A stretch of 26,834 nucleotides of DNA. Source: a virus. Its lineage: Duplodnaviria > Caudoviricetes. The notes beneath the pieces are model-generated. The model did not search any database. It saw only the letters and a list, made by a program, of their open reading frames with translations, and was not told the DNA's origin. The stretch covers positions 1 through 26,834 of the IMG/VR virus record IMGVR_UViG_3300037069_002417, one strand, 5' to 3'. Positions within the stretch are counted from its first letter, which is position 1. Every line of letters begins with the position of its first letter. Below, in pieces: positions 6,201-15,566 of the stretch. A program made the translations under genes and the position numbers.

Positions 6201-8902
6201 GCGACCTTGGCATCGGCGTCGGCGTGCCGATGCTCGTGGCGCGCGGCGGGGCCGACGCAGGGGGCGGCACCAGACCCGAGCAGGTGTGGGGGCCGAACCT
6301 GATCACCAACCCGACCGGCCTGGGCGCGGTCGCGGGGACCATCGGCGCGGGCGGGGCGTTCCCGACGGATTGGGGCCTCTTTTCTGGCACCACCGACGCG
6401 ACCGTCGACGTCATCGAGCGGCTGGGCAGCCCAGGCGGCACGTTCCGCGTGCATGGTGCCCTGACCGCCTCGACGGCGTTTGAGTTCGTGTTCCAACAGC
6501 CGGAGCCGCCGCTGATCGCGGGGGCCACCTACGCCATGAGCGTGGACGTGCGGCTGACGGCGGGCGATCTGACCTTGCCGACGATTGACAGCGTGGGCCT
6601 GACGATCCAGGCCAGCGCGGGCGACTGGGCTTCCGTCTCTATCGCTGATGCAGATGCCACATGGAAAACCTACACCATCCCGCCATCGGTCATCGGCGGC
6701 ACCATCGCGGACCCAGGGCAGACTGTCAGCATCGACTTCGGCTACTACGTCCTCGCAGCGGGGGACGCGCTCGATTTCACGCTTGAGTTCAACAACGTCA
6801 CGCTGCGGCGGCTGCTGACGGTCGACACCGGGCCGGACTATTTCCTCGGACCCAATCTGGTCACCAACCCGACCGGCCTCGGCGCGGTCGCGGGCACGGT
6901 CGGCGCGGACGGGGCGATGCCAACGGAGTGGTCGGTCTACGAAACCGGCGGTGCCACCGTCGACGTCATCCCGCTGCCGGACGGCGAGGGCTGCTCGTTC
7001 CACATCCACGGCACGCTGAGCACGGTGAACTACATCGTCCTGGCGTTCCAGCAGCCGCAGGTCCCCTACACGCCGGAGGAGATTTTCACCGGCAGCGCGG
7101 AAATCTGGCTGATCGCGGGCAGCTTCGCCGGGGCCACGTATGGGGCGCTCGACATCTACGAGAACAGCGGCAACGGCGACGTCACGACGAGCTTCCTGGA
7201 CGCCACCGCGACCCCGCGCACCTACATCATCCCACCCAACGCGATCCACGCCGCCGACCCGCCCAACTCTACTACGGTAGCATTCACCCCGTACTGGTCC
7301 GTCGCCGCCGTCGGCGATGCGGTGGACTTCACTGTCGGGATCAACAACGCCACGCTGCGCCGGGCCACGCCCAAGCCGAAGCCACCATCCCTCACAATCG
7401 ACTTCTTGCAGCCCGGCCCGCTCGACCCGCGCATCGTGTTCGCCCGCGCCAGCGGGGGCACCTACATCGACGCCACCGGCATCCTGCGGACCGCCGCCGT
7501 GGACGAGCCGCGCTGGGACTACGACGCGCAGGGGACCCTGCTCGGGCTGCTGCTCGAACAGAACAAGACCAACCTCATCTATTCGTCCGTGATCGACGCG
7601 ACGTGGGGGCCAGACGGCGACGCGCAGCTTACTGGCGCGACAACGCGGCCAGATGGCACGTCGGGAGCCTCGCTGATCGCCGCGGGCGGCACGAGTGATA
7701 GCGTCCGTTCGCTGATCGGCCCGATCGTCACCGGCACAGCCGCGTCGACACCCTACACCGTGTCGGTGTTCCTCAAGCGCGACACCACCAACGCCTATAT
7801 CCAGGTGAACCTCCAAGACGCGGGAGCGACCTACGCGGCGGGCGTGGCCTATTACGACCTGACCAGCGGCGCGGCGGTCATAGGCGACCCGCTTGCTGGC
7901 GCTCTTGCGGACGCCGTGGCGACCCTGACCCCCATCGGCAACGGATGGTTCCGCGCCACGCTGGCGTTCACCACCAATGCCGCGTCGGACCGGATCGCCT
8001 GCTTCATCGGCCCGTGCATGACGGTCACGGGGGCGGGCGACCACCGAAACTATCCGGGCGTCGTCGGCCAGGGCGTCTATGCGTGGGGTGCCCAGGTCGA
8101 AGCCGCCGGGTTCGCGTCCAGCTACATCCCGACGACGGCGGCGGCGTTGGCCGCCCGCGCCGACGATCTGTACAGCGTCCCGGTCGGCCCCTGGTACGAC
8201 GCGGCCGAGGGCGCGATGGCGCTGGAATACATCCTCAAGGGCGCATTCCCCGGCTACAACGGGCCGATGCAACTGGTCGGCGCGGACCGGGATAACGACT
8301 ACATCGACATGGATCAGGTCGGCGTAGGGCCGGAGACGGCACCAATGTTATCTGCGGTTCAGGTGTCCATCGGCGGCAACGGCCCCTACGATCTCTACGG
8401 CACTCCCGTCCCCATTCCCGCGCACACGATCAACAAGGGCGCGTCGTCATGGGCGGCGGGCGGCGCGATCATCGGCGCGCATAACGGTGTGGGATCGAAC
8501 AACAGCGGCGGCAACGCCGTGGCCGCGCTGCCGGAGATCGTCGCCCTGACCGTCGCGGGCCAGATGCACTACCAGTGGCCGTGGAGCCTGTGGGCGCGCA
8601 GCGCGAAATACTGGCCCAGCGAACTGACCATGGCCGAACTCGTGGCCGAGACGACGCTGCCCGCGCCGCCGGCGGCCAAGCCATCGCCACCGGACAAGCC
8701 CACGCTGCCGACGCTGCCCGACAAGCCCTCGCTGCCCGACAAGCCGACGCTGCCGGACAAGCCGCTGCTGCCGCCGGAGAAGCCACCGGAGAAGCCGCCG
8801 GAGAAGCCGCCGGAGACGCCCACGCTGCCCGACAAGCCGCTGCTGCCGCCGCTCAAGCCGCCGGCGGGCATCGCGCAACCCAAACGACGAGGCCGCCCAT
8901 GA
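6197..8902 (+). CDS. Head-spike/fibre protein (901 aa) with a duplicated N-terminal beta domain and Pro-rich tail
   Basis: FARASGGTYIDATGILRTAAVDEPRWDYD..GLLLEQNKTNLI and WGAQVEAAGFASSYIPTT..ARADDL are motifs typical of phage/GTA head-spike fibre domains. Confidence 0.75.
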   Translation: MSDLGIGVGVPMLVARGGADAGGGTRPEQVWGPNLITNPTGLGAVAGTIGAGGAFPTDWGLFSGTTDATVDVIERLGSPGGTFRVHGALTASTAFEFVFQQPEPPLIAGATYAMSVDVRLTAGDLTLPTIDSVGLTIQASAGDWASVSIADADATWKTYTIPPSVIGGTIADPGQTVSIDFGYYVLAAGDALDFTLEFNNVTLRRLLTVDTGPDYFLGPNLVTNPTGLGAVAGTVGADGAMPTEWSVYETGGATVDVIPLPDGEGCSFHIHGTLSTVNYIVLAFQQPQVPYTPEEIFTGSAEIWLIAGSFAGATYGALDIYENSGNGDVTTSFLDATATPRTYIIPPNAIHAADPPNSTTVAFTPYWSVAAVGDAVDFTVGINNATLRRATPKPKPPSLTIDFLQPGPLDPRIVFARASGGTYIDATGILRTAAVDEPRWDYDAQGTLLGLLLEQNKTNLIYSSVIDATWGPDGDAQLTGATTRPDGTSGASLIAAGGTSDSVRSLIGPIVTGTAASTPYTVSVFLKRDTTNAYIQVNLQDAGATYAAGVAYYDLTSGAAVIGDPLAGALADAVATLTPIGNGWFRATLAFTTNAASDRIACFIGPCMTVTGAGDHRNYPGVVGQGVYAWGAQVEAAGFASSYIPTTAAALAARADDLYSVPVGPWYDAAEGAMALEYILKGAFPGYNGPMQLVGADRDNDYIDMDQVGVGPETAPMLSAVQVSIGGNGPYDLYGTPVPIPAHTINKGASSWAAGGAIIGAHNGVGSNNSGGNAVAALPEIVALTVAGQMHYQWPWSLWARSAKYWPSELTMAELVAETTLPAPPAAKPSPPDKPTLPTLPDKPSLPDKPTLPDKPLLPPEKPPEKPPEKPPETPTLPDKPLLPPLKPPAGIAQPKRRGRP

Positions 8903-9060
8903 ACATCATCGTCCTGCTGCTGATCATCCTGCTGCTGTTCGGCGGCCTCGGCGGTCTCGGCTACCGGCAGGGCTGGGTCGGCTCCGGCTACGGCGTCTAT
9001 GGCGGCAGCGGGCTGGTGCTCATCGTCCTCGTCGTGATCCTGGTCCTGGTGTTCCGCTAG
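8899..9060 (+). CDS. Small two-TM membrane protein (53 aa, DUF3309-like)
   Basis: ATGA overlap with the fibre gene. MNIIVLLLIILLLFGG...GGSGLVLIVLVVILVLVFR. It is the real 3' part of track ORF 8575..9060. Confidence 0.75.
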   Translation: MNIIVLLLIILLLFGGLGGLGYRQGWVGSGYGVYGGSGLVLIVLVVILVLVFR

Positions 9061-10466
9061 GTCCAACCTGCTGCGGTAATGCGCTGCCGGGGTGCCGACA
9101 GTCTACGTTGCTCCCGTAGTAACACCCTACCAGTGTAGTTCCCTGACACCCCGAGGGCCGCATATTGCAGGCAATCCGCCACGTCCGACCACGGGTGCAG
9201 CTTCTCCGGGCGATCTTCCAGGCGCCCGTCGCGCATCTTCTTGTAGCGGTATTGCGAGGCCAGGGCGCGGATCAGGATGGGGCAGCCGGCGCGCGAAATC
9301 TGGAGGGCGGGCTGGCCGCCGATGGACGTGCGCATCAGCTTCTCGACCGCGTTGATGCGTGGCTCGACGTTGTTGGTCGAGGCTGGATACGCCAGAAAGC
9401 CCTGATCGCGCAGCACGTCGAACGGGCATTCCTCGCTGATCTGACTTTTCTCGCGGCCCGCCGGGTCGGCCACGACGAACACCCGCTTACCCGCGTAGGG
9501 CTCAGCCGACAGCTCTGGCTTGAGCTGTTCTTCGAGCATCTGGATCAGCCCCATATCCTCGGTGACGACCTCCTTGTAGACGATGAGACGCCCGAGCGTG
9601 TCCACCTGGGTGATCAGCGCGCAGGGGGTGCGGCCGAAATCCTGCGCCACCATGATCGGGCGGTGCGGGTTCACTACCGTAGTAATGTCTTTGACATGCG
9701 TTTCGGCGTGGAAGCTGGAGCGGAACACCGCCTGCCCCGCATTCGAGGTCCCCCACATCGACTCGACATGGACCTCGGCCCAGCCCTTGCCGCGGTTCGA
9801 CATCAGATTTTCGTAGTAGTTCGGCGGCAGGTTCTCGACGTTCTCGGCATAGGGACCGATGCCGCTCGGCTGGTGGAACAGCGCGAAACGCGGGTCCGGC
9901 GCGAGCACCATGACCTCGTGGTAGGCGCTGTCCACGTCCCACGGGTTCGTGTCGCCGATGACCCCGAACCACGTCGGCCCGCCCATTATCTTGGAGGGGT
10001 AACGTCCACAGCGGCCTATGAGCGCGTCGATGATCTCGAACGGGACTTCCCTGATCTCGTTGACCCAGGCGCCGGTGAGCTGCAACGACAGCAATCTGCG
10101 CTGATCCTCCTTGGTATCGAGCGGAATAAGCGGCCAGTCGGAGTGGATGCGCGTGCCATCGGGTAGGGCGAACCTGATCCGCACCGTCGAGTCGGTCACG
10201 TAGAACTGCACCATCGGGCCGAGATATTGCTGGATGTCGGCCAGCACGGTCGCCTTGAGCTGGGCGAACGTGTTGCGGATGCAGGCAAAGCGAGTGTAGC
10301 GCACGCCGTCCGAGTGCGGGCGCTGCTGCGTCATGCGCCGCACCAACTCCATGATCGCGCCCATCGTCTTGCCGGAGCCGTACGGGCCGACCATCACCCG
10401 CACGAGGCTGGTGCTGTCCAGCATGAACCGCCGGACGGTGAGGCTCGGCGCGTAGGTCAGGCTCAC
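9057..10466 (-). CDS. terL: Terminase large subunit (469 aa)
   Basis: Walker A GPYGSGKT, Walker B GAWVNE, coupling motif GDTNP, nuclease acidic motifs QDFGRTP and SDVADCLQY. GTG start overlaps the upstream stop (GTGA). Confidence 0.92.
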   Translation of the reverse strand: MSLTYAPSLTVRRFMLDSTSLVRVMVGPYGSGKTMGAIMELVRRMTQQRPHSDGVRYTRFACIRNTFAQLKATVLADIQQYLGPMVQFYVTDSTVRIRFALPDGTRIHSDWPLIPLDTKEDQRRLLSLQLTGAWVNEIREVPFEIIDALIGRCGRYPSKIMGGPTWFGVIGDTNPWDVDSAYHEVMVLAPDPRFALFHQPSGIGPYAENVENLPPNYYENLMSNRGKGWAEVHVESMWGTSNAGQAVFRSSFHAETHVKDITTVVNPHRPIMVAQDFGRTPCALITQVDTLGRLIVYKEVVTEDMGLIQMLEEQLKPELSAEPYAGKRVFVVADPAGREKSQISEECPFDVLRDQGFLAYPASTNNVEPRINAVEKLMRTSIGGQPALQISRAGCPILIRALASQYRYKKMRDGRLEDRPEKLHPWSDVADCLQYAALGVSGNYTGRVLLREQRRLSAPRQRITAAGWT

Positions 10467-11032
10467 GCGGCCAGCTCGTGCGCGGCAGTGTTGGGCACCA
10501 TGTCGATGGTCTCGACGCGGTCGCCCATGTTGATGATGACCGCGAATTGCGGGCCGCCCGCCCCGGCGGGACCGTCGCCCTCGCCGATCCCGGCGATCTG
10601 GCGCATCTCCTTGATCAGCCCGACTTTCGCCGCCGCCGGGGTTTCCGGGTCCAGCAGCAGCCGAAATCCCTCGGGCAGCCCGAACTCGGCCAGCCCGGTC
10701 TGGGCCAGCGATTGCAGCTTGGCGCGCAGATTGTCGGGATGGTTGAACTCCGCGCGCACGCGCTCGATCTGCGCCTTGTTGCCCGGCTGCATGGCGAACC
10801 ACGCGACATGGCCCTCGGTCAGCGCGAACTGCTTGCCGATGTCTTCGTAGGAATAGGTCGCCTGCGCGATCAGGGTGACCAGCGAGTGATGCGGCAGCGC
10901 CAGCGGGTTCGGCGGCTTGACCGGGATGACCCTGGTGACGACGCCGCGCCCGCTCATCAGCGTGGCCAGGGAGATGAACTCGCCCGAGTCGTCGACCGTG
11001 GTATCGAGTCCTGCATCTGGTAGGTGGGACAT
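10463..11032 (-). CDS. Putative terminase small subunit (189 aa)
   Basis: Coupled immediately upstream of terL; HTH-like segment YSYEDIGKQFALTEGHV, then helical hairpin and FAVIINMG strand. Start uncertain. Confidence 0.65.
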   Translation of the reverse strand: MSHLPDAGLDTTVDDSGEFISLATLMSGRGVVTRVIPVKPPNPLALPHHSLVTLIAQATYSYEDIGKQFALTEGHVAWFAMQPGNKAQIERVRAEFNHPDNLRAKLQSLAQTGLAEFGLPEGFRLLLDPETPAAAKVGLIKEMRQIAGIGEGDGPAGAGGPQFAVIINMGDRVETIDMVPNTAAHELAA

Positions 11033-11082
11033 GTTCCAGCCACGAGCTATTGCGTCAGCGCCTTAGCATGGCCTAGTCATGG

Positions 11083-11097
11083 CTACTACGGTAGTAG
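11083..11097. promoter_or_regulatory. Perfect palindrome copy in the divergent terS/portal promoter region (operator candidate)
   Basis: CTACTACGGTAGTAG in a 78-bp divergent intergenic gap, just before the portal RBS (AAGGGGG) and after a weak TTGCGT-N18-TAGTCA promoter-like element. Confidence 0.65.
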
Positions 11098-11110
11098 ATA
11101 AGGGGGCCAA

Positions 11111-13393
11111 GTGCCCATAGCGCTGCCAGGAGTCTCGGTCTCGACGCCGCCCGCGCAGGCCCGCGCCGGCGGATTGCTTCGCGTGGTCTCCGGTCAGGAG
11201 CTGGATCGCCGCGACGCGCAGAGCCGCGCCGACGAGGCCGCGCGCCGCCAGAGCGCCTTGCAACTGCATGAACTCGATCTCGGGGCCTACATCCGCAACA
11301 CCTGGATGATGTTCCGCAACCACCGCAACACCAACCAGGGGGCCGACAGCCTGAACAACCGGCTGCTGCGGGCGCAGCGCATGATCGAGGGCAAATACGA
11401 CAGCGCCAAGCTCACCGAAATCCAGAAATTCGGCGGCTCGGAGGTCTATTCGCGGCTGGTTTCCGGCAAATGCCGGGGGGCCACCGCGCTGATGCGCGAC
11501 GTCTATCTCGGCCCCGACCGCCCGTGGGACATCCAGCCGCAGCCCGACCCGCCGGTGCCGCCCGGCGTGCTCGACCACATCATCCAACTGATCCAGATCG
11601 AGGCGGCGACGCTGGCGCAGTCCGGCCAGCCGGCGATCCCCGAACAGCTCCACGCGCGGCAGATGGGCCTGCTGCACGCCGCCGTGCAGGCCGCGCGCCA
11701 GCAGGCGCTGATGCAGGCCAACAGCACCGCCGACAAGATCGAGGACATGCTGGTCGAGGGGAAATTCTATGACTCGCTGGCCGAGTTCCTGACCGACCTG
11801 CCGATCTTCCCGTACGCCGTGCTCAAGGGGCCGGTGGTGCGCATGGTCCCGCAGATCGTCTGGAACGGCAACGCCGCCAGCATCCGGCAGCAGGCGCGGA
11901 TGTTCTGGGAGCGGGTGTCGCCGTTCGATTTTTACTGGACGCCGGGTGTGTCAAGGATCGAGGACGCCGACACCCTAGAGCGCAAACGCTTTACCAGGGC
12001 CGACCTCAACGCGCTGATCGGCCTGCCCGGCTACGACGAGCAGGCGGTGCGCGGCGCCATCGACGATTACCGGCGTGGCCTGCGCGAGTGGCTGGACAGC
12101 CCCGATACCGAACAGGCGATCAACGAGGGCAGGGAGAACCCCAACCTCAACCGCTCGGGCATCATCGAAGGTCTTGAGTTCAACGGCATGATCCAGGGCG
12201 ACATGCTGCTGGCGAACGGGGCCGATCCGAAAACCATCCCCGACATCGACCGCGACTACAACGTGCAGTGCTGGGTGGTCGGCCGTTACACCCTGAAAAC
12301 CCAGATCAACCCGATGCCCCGGCAGCGGCACCCCTACTATGTCACCAGTTTCGAGAAGGTGCCGGGGACCGTGCATGGCCACGGCCTGCCGGACCTGCTC
12401 GAAGACATCCAGGAGATCAGCAACGCCGCGCTGCGCGCGACGGTCAACAACCTCTCCATTGCGTCAGGCCCGCAGGTGGTCATCGACGAGGAGGCGCTGT
12501 CGCCGACCGAGAACGGCGACGAGCTGTATCCGTGGAAGCGCTGGCGCATCTCGCGCGACCCGATGGGCAATCCGAGCGCCAAGCCGGTCGAGTTTTTCCA
12601 GCCCGCGTCGAACGTGCAGGAGAACCTTCAAGTCCTGCAATACGCCAACACGATGGCGGACGAGGCATCCGCGATCCCGCGCTACGTGACCGGCGAGAGC
12701 CTGTCCGGCGGCGCGGGCCGCACGGCGTCGGGCCTGTCGATGCTGATGAACAACGCGCAGAAGATGTTGCAGACGGTGGCTGGCAACATCGACCGCGACG
12801 TCATGGCTCCCTTACTGGACGGCATGTACGACCTGATCATGCTCACCGATACTACCGGAGTATTGACGGGGCAGGAAAGCATCCGCGTCCGGGGCGTCAA
12901 TGTGGCGGTGCAGCGCGAGACCGAGCGCCAGAAGCAGCTCCAGTTTTTGCAGATCACCGGCAACCCGATCGACGCGCAGATCATCGGCCCGATGGGTCGC
13001 GCCCGCGTGCTGCGCGCCGTGGCCGCGAACATGGGCCTGCCGGACGACGTGGTGCCGGACGATCAGACCATGCAGTCGCAGCTCGACGCCCAGAAGCAGA
13101 TGGCGGCGGCGGGACAGGCATTGACGGCAGCGGGCGCGGGCGGACCGCCCGGCAGCGCGCCACAGGCTCCCGGTGGACCGCCCAGTCCGGCACAGCCGGG
13201 CGGCCCGCCAGGGGGTGCGCCGGGCGGGCCTCCCTCGCCCGGCAGCACTCCGGGCGGCGGTGGGGTGGGTCCTTCGCCGCCCGGAGCAGGGGGACATTCC
13301 CTGCCCAACCCCGCGCCGCAGCCCGGCCCGTCGGCGCACTCCGACCACGCACCGCCGTTCAACGCCTTTCAGCAACACCAAGGAGCGATCTGA
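11111..13393 (+). CDS. Portal protein (760 aa) with Gly/Pro-rich C-terminal extension
   Basis: Size, position before scaffold and capsid genes, and motifs WERVSPFDFYWTPG, GHGLPDLLEDIQEISNAALRATVNNLSIASGPQ, RTASGLSMLM typical of podoviral portals. Confidence 0.9.
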   Translation: MPIALPGVSVSTPPAQARAGGLLRVVSGQELDRRDAQSRADEAARRQSALQLHELDLGAYIRNTWMMFRNHRNTNQGADSLNNRLLRAQRMIEGKYDSAKLTEIQKFGGSEVYSRLVSGKCRGATALMRDVYLGPDRPWDIQPQPDPPVPPGVLDHIIQLIQIEAATLAQSGQPAIPEQLHARQMGLLHAAVQAARQQALMQANSTADKIEDMLVEGKFYDSLAEFLTDLPIFPYAVLKGPVVRMVPQIVWNGNAASIRQQARMFWERVSPFDFYWTPGVSRIEDADTLERKRFTRADLNALIGLPGYDEQAVRGAIDDYRRGLREWLDSPDTEQAINEGRENPNLNRSGIIEGLEFNGMIQGDMLLANGADPKTIPDIDRDYNVQCWVVGRYTLKTQINPMPRQRHPYYVTSFEKVPGTVHGHGLPDLLEDIQEISNAALRATVNNLSIASGPQVVIDEEALSPTENGDELYPWKRWRISRDPMGNPSAKPVEFFQPASNVQENLQVLQYANTMADEASAIPRYVTGESLSGGAGRTASGLSMLMNNAQKMLQTVAGNIDRDVMAPLLDGMYDLIMLTDTTGVLTGQESIRVRGVNVAVQRETERQKQLQFLQITGNPIDAQIIGPMGRARVLRAVAANMGLPDDVVPDDQTMQSQLDAQKQMAAAGQALTAAGAGGPPGSAPQAPGGPPSPAQPGGPPGGAPGGPPSPGSTPGGGGVGPSPPGAGGHSLPNPAPQPGPSAHSDHAPPFNAFQQHQGAI

Positions 13394-13590
13394 TGGACAC
13401 CAAAGCACCGACCAAGGAACTCGCCCGCACCACGCTCGACGGGGCCAAGGGCGGCAAGGCGAGCACCAGCGGCCCGACCGGCAGCGCCCGCGCCTACCCC
13501 AAGGGCAAGCTGCCGAGCGGCAACGGGCGCAGCTTCGTCCCCGACGGCAAGAGCGACTACGGCGTCGCCGGCGTCGGCGGTGGTGAGTAG
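13393..13590 (+). CDS. Small basic Gly-rich protein (65 aa)
   Basis: TGATG coupling to the portal gene; AAGGAG RBS at 13380-13385; MDTKAPTKELAR... Confidence 0.7.
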   Translation: MDTKAPTKELARTTLDGAKGGKASTSGPTGSARAYPKGKLPSGNGRSFVPDGKSDYGVAGVGGGE

Positions 13591-13592
13591 CC

Positions 13593-13889
13593 ATGCCGAT
13601 CTCCAGCCATCCCGGCGGCATCAAGGGCGGGATGCCGATCCCCCGGACGCCGCTGGGCGGGGGCAACCCCGCCGGGCGGGCTTTGGGTCACTATGGGACG
13701 CAGCCGCCCGCGCCTGGCTCGCCTGCGTCGATGGTCATGGCGCCCAAACCGATGACGCCCGCGACCAGCCTGCCGACCTCGCCGAACACCGACCTGGCCC
13801 CCGTGCGCGGGGCCATGGGTGGCATCCGCTCGCACCCGCGCCTCGGCGGGATCGTCGGCAAGACCCTGTCCTCGCCGGGCAACCTCTAA
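13593..13889 (+). CDS. Pro/Gly-rich hypothetical protein (98 aa)
   Basis: Fills the operon gap exactly; GC3-biased codons. Confidence 0.65.
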   Translation: MPISSHPGGIKGGMPIPRTPLGGGNPAGRALGHYGTQPPAPGSPASMVMAPKPMTPATSLPTSPNTDLAPVRGAMGGIRSHPRLGGIVGKTLSSPGNL

Positions 13890-13900
13890 GGAACGAACCC

Positions 13901-14365
13901 ATGGGATTGAATATCGGAACCCCCGCCGCCGAAGCCTGCCGGGGCCTGCGCGGCAGCAAGGAATTTGCCCTCGTGCTCGCCGAACTCCGGCGCATGTGGA
14001 GCGACCGGCTGATCGCCGCGGCGTCCTCGCCGGTCGAGCAGCGCATCGAGGCGACCGCCTATGCCCGCGCCTTGCTGGACCTGTGGGTCGGCTACGAGGC
14101 CGCGACCTCCGGCAAGAACCCGCGCGCGGTTGCTACGGTAGTAGAGGGCCACGGCGACCTGTTCGCCGAGCACGTCTCTCCGCACGAGGGCCGCGCCCAC
14201 GAGGGCAGAGCGGGGGTGATCGAGGAGACCGCGCCCGTCCACGCGACCCAGCTTCCCGCCGAGTCGCGCCACGGCAAGGGACACCACGCCGAGCCGCTGG
14301 ACGAGCCGCCGCCGACGCCGAAAGCCACCACGAAATTCTCTACGACGACTGACAAGAAGGGCTAA
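13901..14365 (+). CDS. Hypothetical head-region protein (154 aa)
   Basis: AAGGA RBS, ATG at 13901 (MGLNIGTP). Helical N-terminal half as often found between portal and scaffold, with a His/Pro-rich tail. Confidence 0.7.
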   Translation: MGLNIGTPAAEACRGLRGSKEFALVLAELRRMWSDRLIAAASSPVEQRIEATAYARALLDLWVGYEAATSGKNPRAVATVVEGHGDLFAEHVSPHEGRAHEGRAGVIEETAPVHATQLPAESRHGKGHHAEPLDEPPPTPKATTKFSTTTDKKG

Positions 14366-14368
14366 CCT

Positions 14369-15526
14369 ATGTCCGAGACGACGGCCGCACCGCCCCCAGC
14401 CCCCGTATCGGCCCCGGCCCCGCCGGTCGATCCCAATGCCGGGTTCGAGACGCCGATCCCGCCGGCCGTGCGCCGGCAGGCCGAGCGTGCCGCCGCCTTG
14501 CAGACCGAATACGCCCACGGCGTCGCGCGCCAGACCGCCGAGCTGGAAGCCGCGATCTCTGGAAAACCGATTGCTGACGCAGCCGAAAGCGGGACTGGTC
14601 CTGGGCAGTCCACCCCCGCTCCGGCTGCGCCAGCAAGCCCCGCACCCGTGCCGCAGGGCATGGCGAACACGGGTGCCGGGTCTCCCGCGCCGACGCCGAC
14701 GGAGGCAGCGCCTCCCGACGTGTCGGCGTGGGAGCAACGCTACCGCACCCTCGAAGGCAAATACTCCGCCGAGCTACCCCGGTTGCAACAGCAACTCGGG
14801 GCGGCGCAGAGCGAGATCGCCCGGCTGCACGCGCAGGCCGAGCGCGCCGAGATCGAGCGCCTGACCGCGCCCGCGCCGCGCTCCCAGATCGACGTGCCGC
14901 AAGAGGACATCGAGACGTTCGGCGCGGACTTGGTCTCGGCCTCGCAGCGCTGGTCGCGCGCGGGCGTCGAACCGGAGATCGCCGAGCTGCGCCAGCAGCA
15001 GCAGCAACTTCGCCAGCAGATGCAGCAGGTGGCGCGCACCGCCGCCGAGCGCGATGTCGAGGCGCGGCTGGCGGCGTCTGTGCCAAACTGGCAACAGATC
15101 GACCGCGACGTGAATTTCCACGAATGGCTGGCGCGTCCCGACGTTTTTTCTGGACAATCCAACCACCCTAGGCTGGTAGAAGCCTATCGCGCGGGTGACG
15201 CTGCCCGCGTGGTCAATATCTTCCAAGCGTATTTGCGCGAGCATACCGTTCCCAACCAGGGCGGGACACAGCCGATCCAGACCACGCCGCCGATCTCTCC
15301 CTCGGCGGGGCAGGCGGGAAGGCTACCCCTCGAAACCCTGGCCGCCCCCGGCACCGTCCGGTCCGGCAGCACGAACGGCGCGAGCGAGCCGCCGATCATC
15401 CGCAGGGCGGAGGTCAAGGCGTTCTACGACGCGATCATTCAAGGTCATTACCGAGGCCGCGACGCCGCGCGTCAGGCCAGGGAAGCCGAGATCAATGCCG
15501 CGTTCGCCGCTCAACGTGTGGTCTGA
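14369..15526 (+). CDS. Capsid scaffolding protein (385 aa)
   Basis: Immediately upstream of the capsid gene; Pro/Ala-rich N-terminus, WEQRYRTLEGKY coiled coil, VPNWQQID..FHEWL. Confidence 0.8.
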   Translation: MSETTAAPPPAPVSAPAPPVDPNAGFETPIPPAVRRQAERAAALQTEYAHGVARQTAELEAAISGKPIADAAESGTGPGQSTPAPAAPASPAPVPQGMANTGAGSPAPTPTEAAPPDVSAWEQRYRTLEGKYSAELPRLQQQLGAAQSEIARLHAQAERAEIERLTAPAPRSQIDVPQEDIETFGADLVSASQRWSRAGVEPEIAELRQQQQQLRQQMQQVARTAAERDVEARLAASVPNWQQIDRDVNFHEWLARPDVFSGQSNHPRLVEAYRAGDAARVVNIFQAYLREHTVPNQGGTQPIQTTPPISPSAGQAGRLPLETLAAPGTVRSGSTNGASEPPIIRRAEVKAFYDAIIQGHYRGRDAARQAREAEINAAFAAQRVV

Positions 15527-15566
15527 AACATAGCTACTACGGTAGCAATTCTCTGGGAGCACTCTC

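Noticed and set aside
6742-6750. Half-sites CTACTAC (also near 9813, 18957, 21190) as motif copies
   Set aside because: Explained by Tyr-Tyr codons TAC TAC, with no matching second half.
6290-7370. Duplicated segment as a diversity-generating retroelement TR/VR pair
   Set aside because: Both copies are in-frame within one gene, differences are not adenine-specific, and no reverse transcriptase is present.
6167-8272. 701-aa minus-strand ORF and similar long antisense ORFs (18454..19950, 22147..23415, 24636..26675, and 9165..10166 on the + strand)
   Set aside because: Shadow ORFs from high GC3 opposite well-supported genes; no RBS or recognisable motifs.
10467-10802. N-terminal extension of terL in the ORF track
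   Set aside because: Overlaps terS out of frame with shadow-like Arg/Gly composition; GTGA coupling at 10466 is more plausible.
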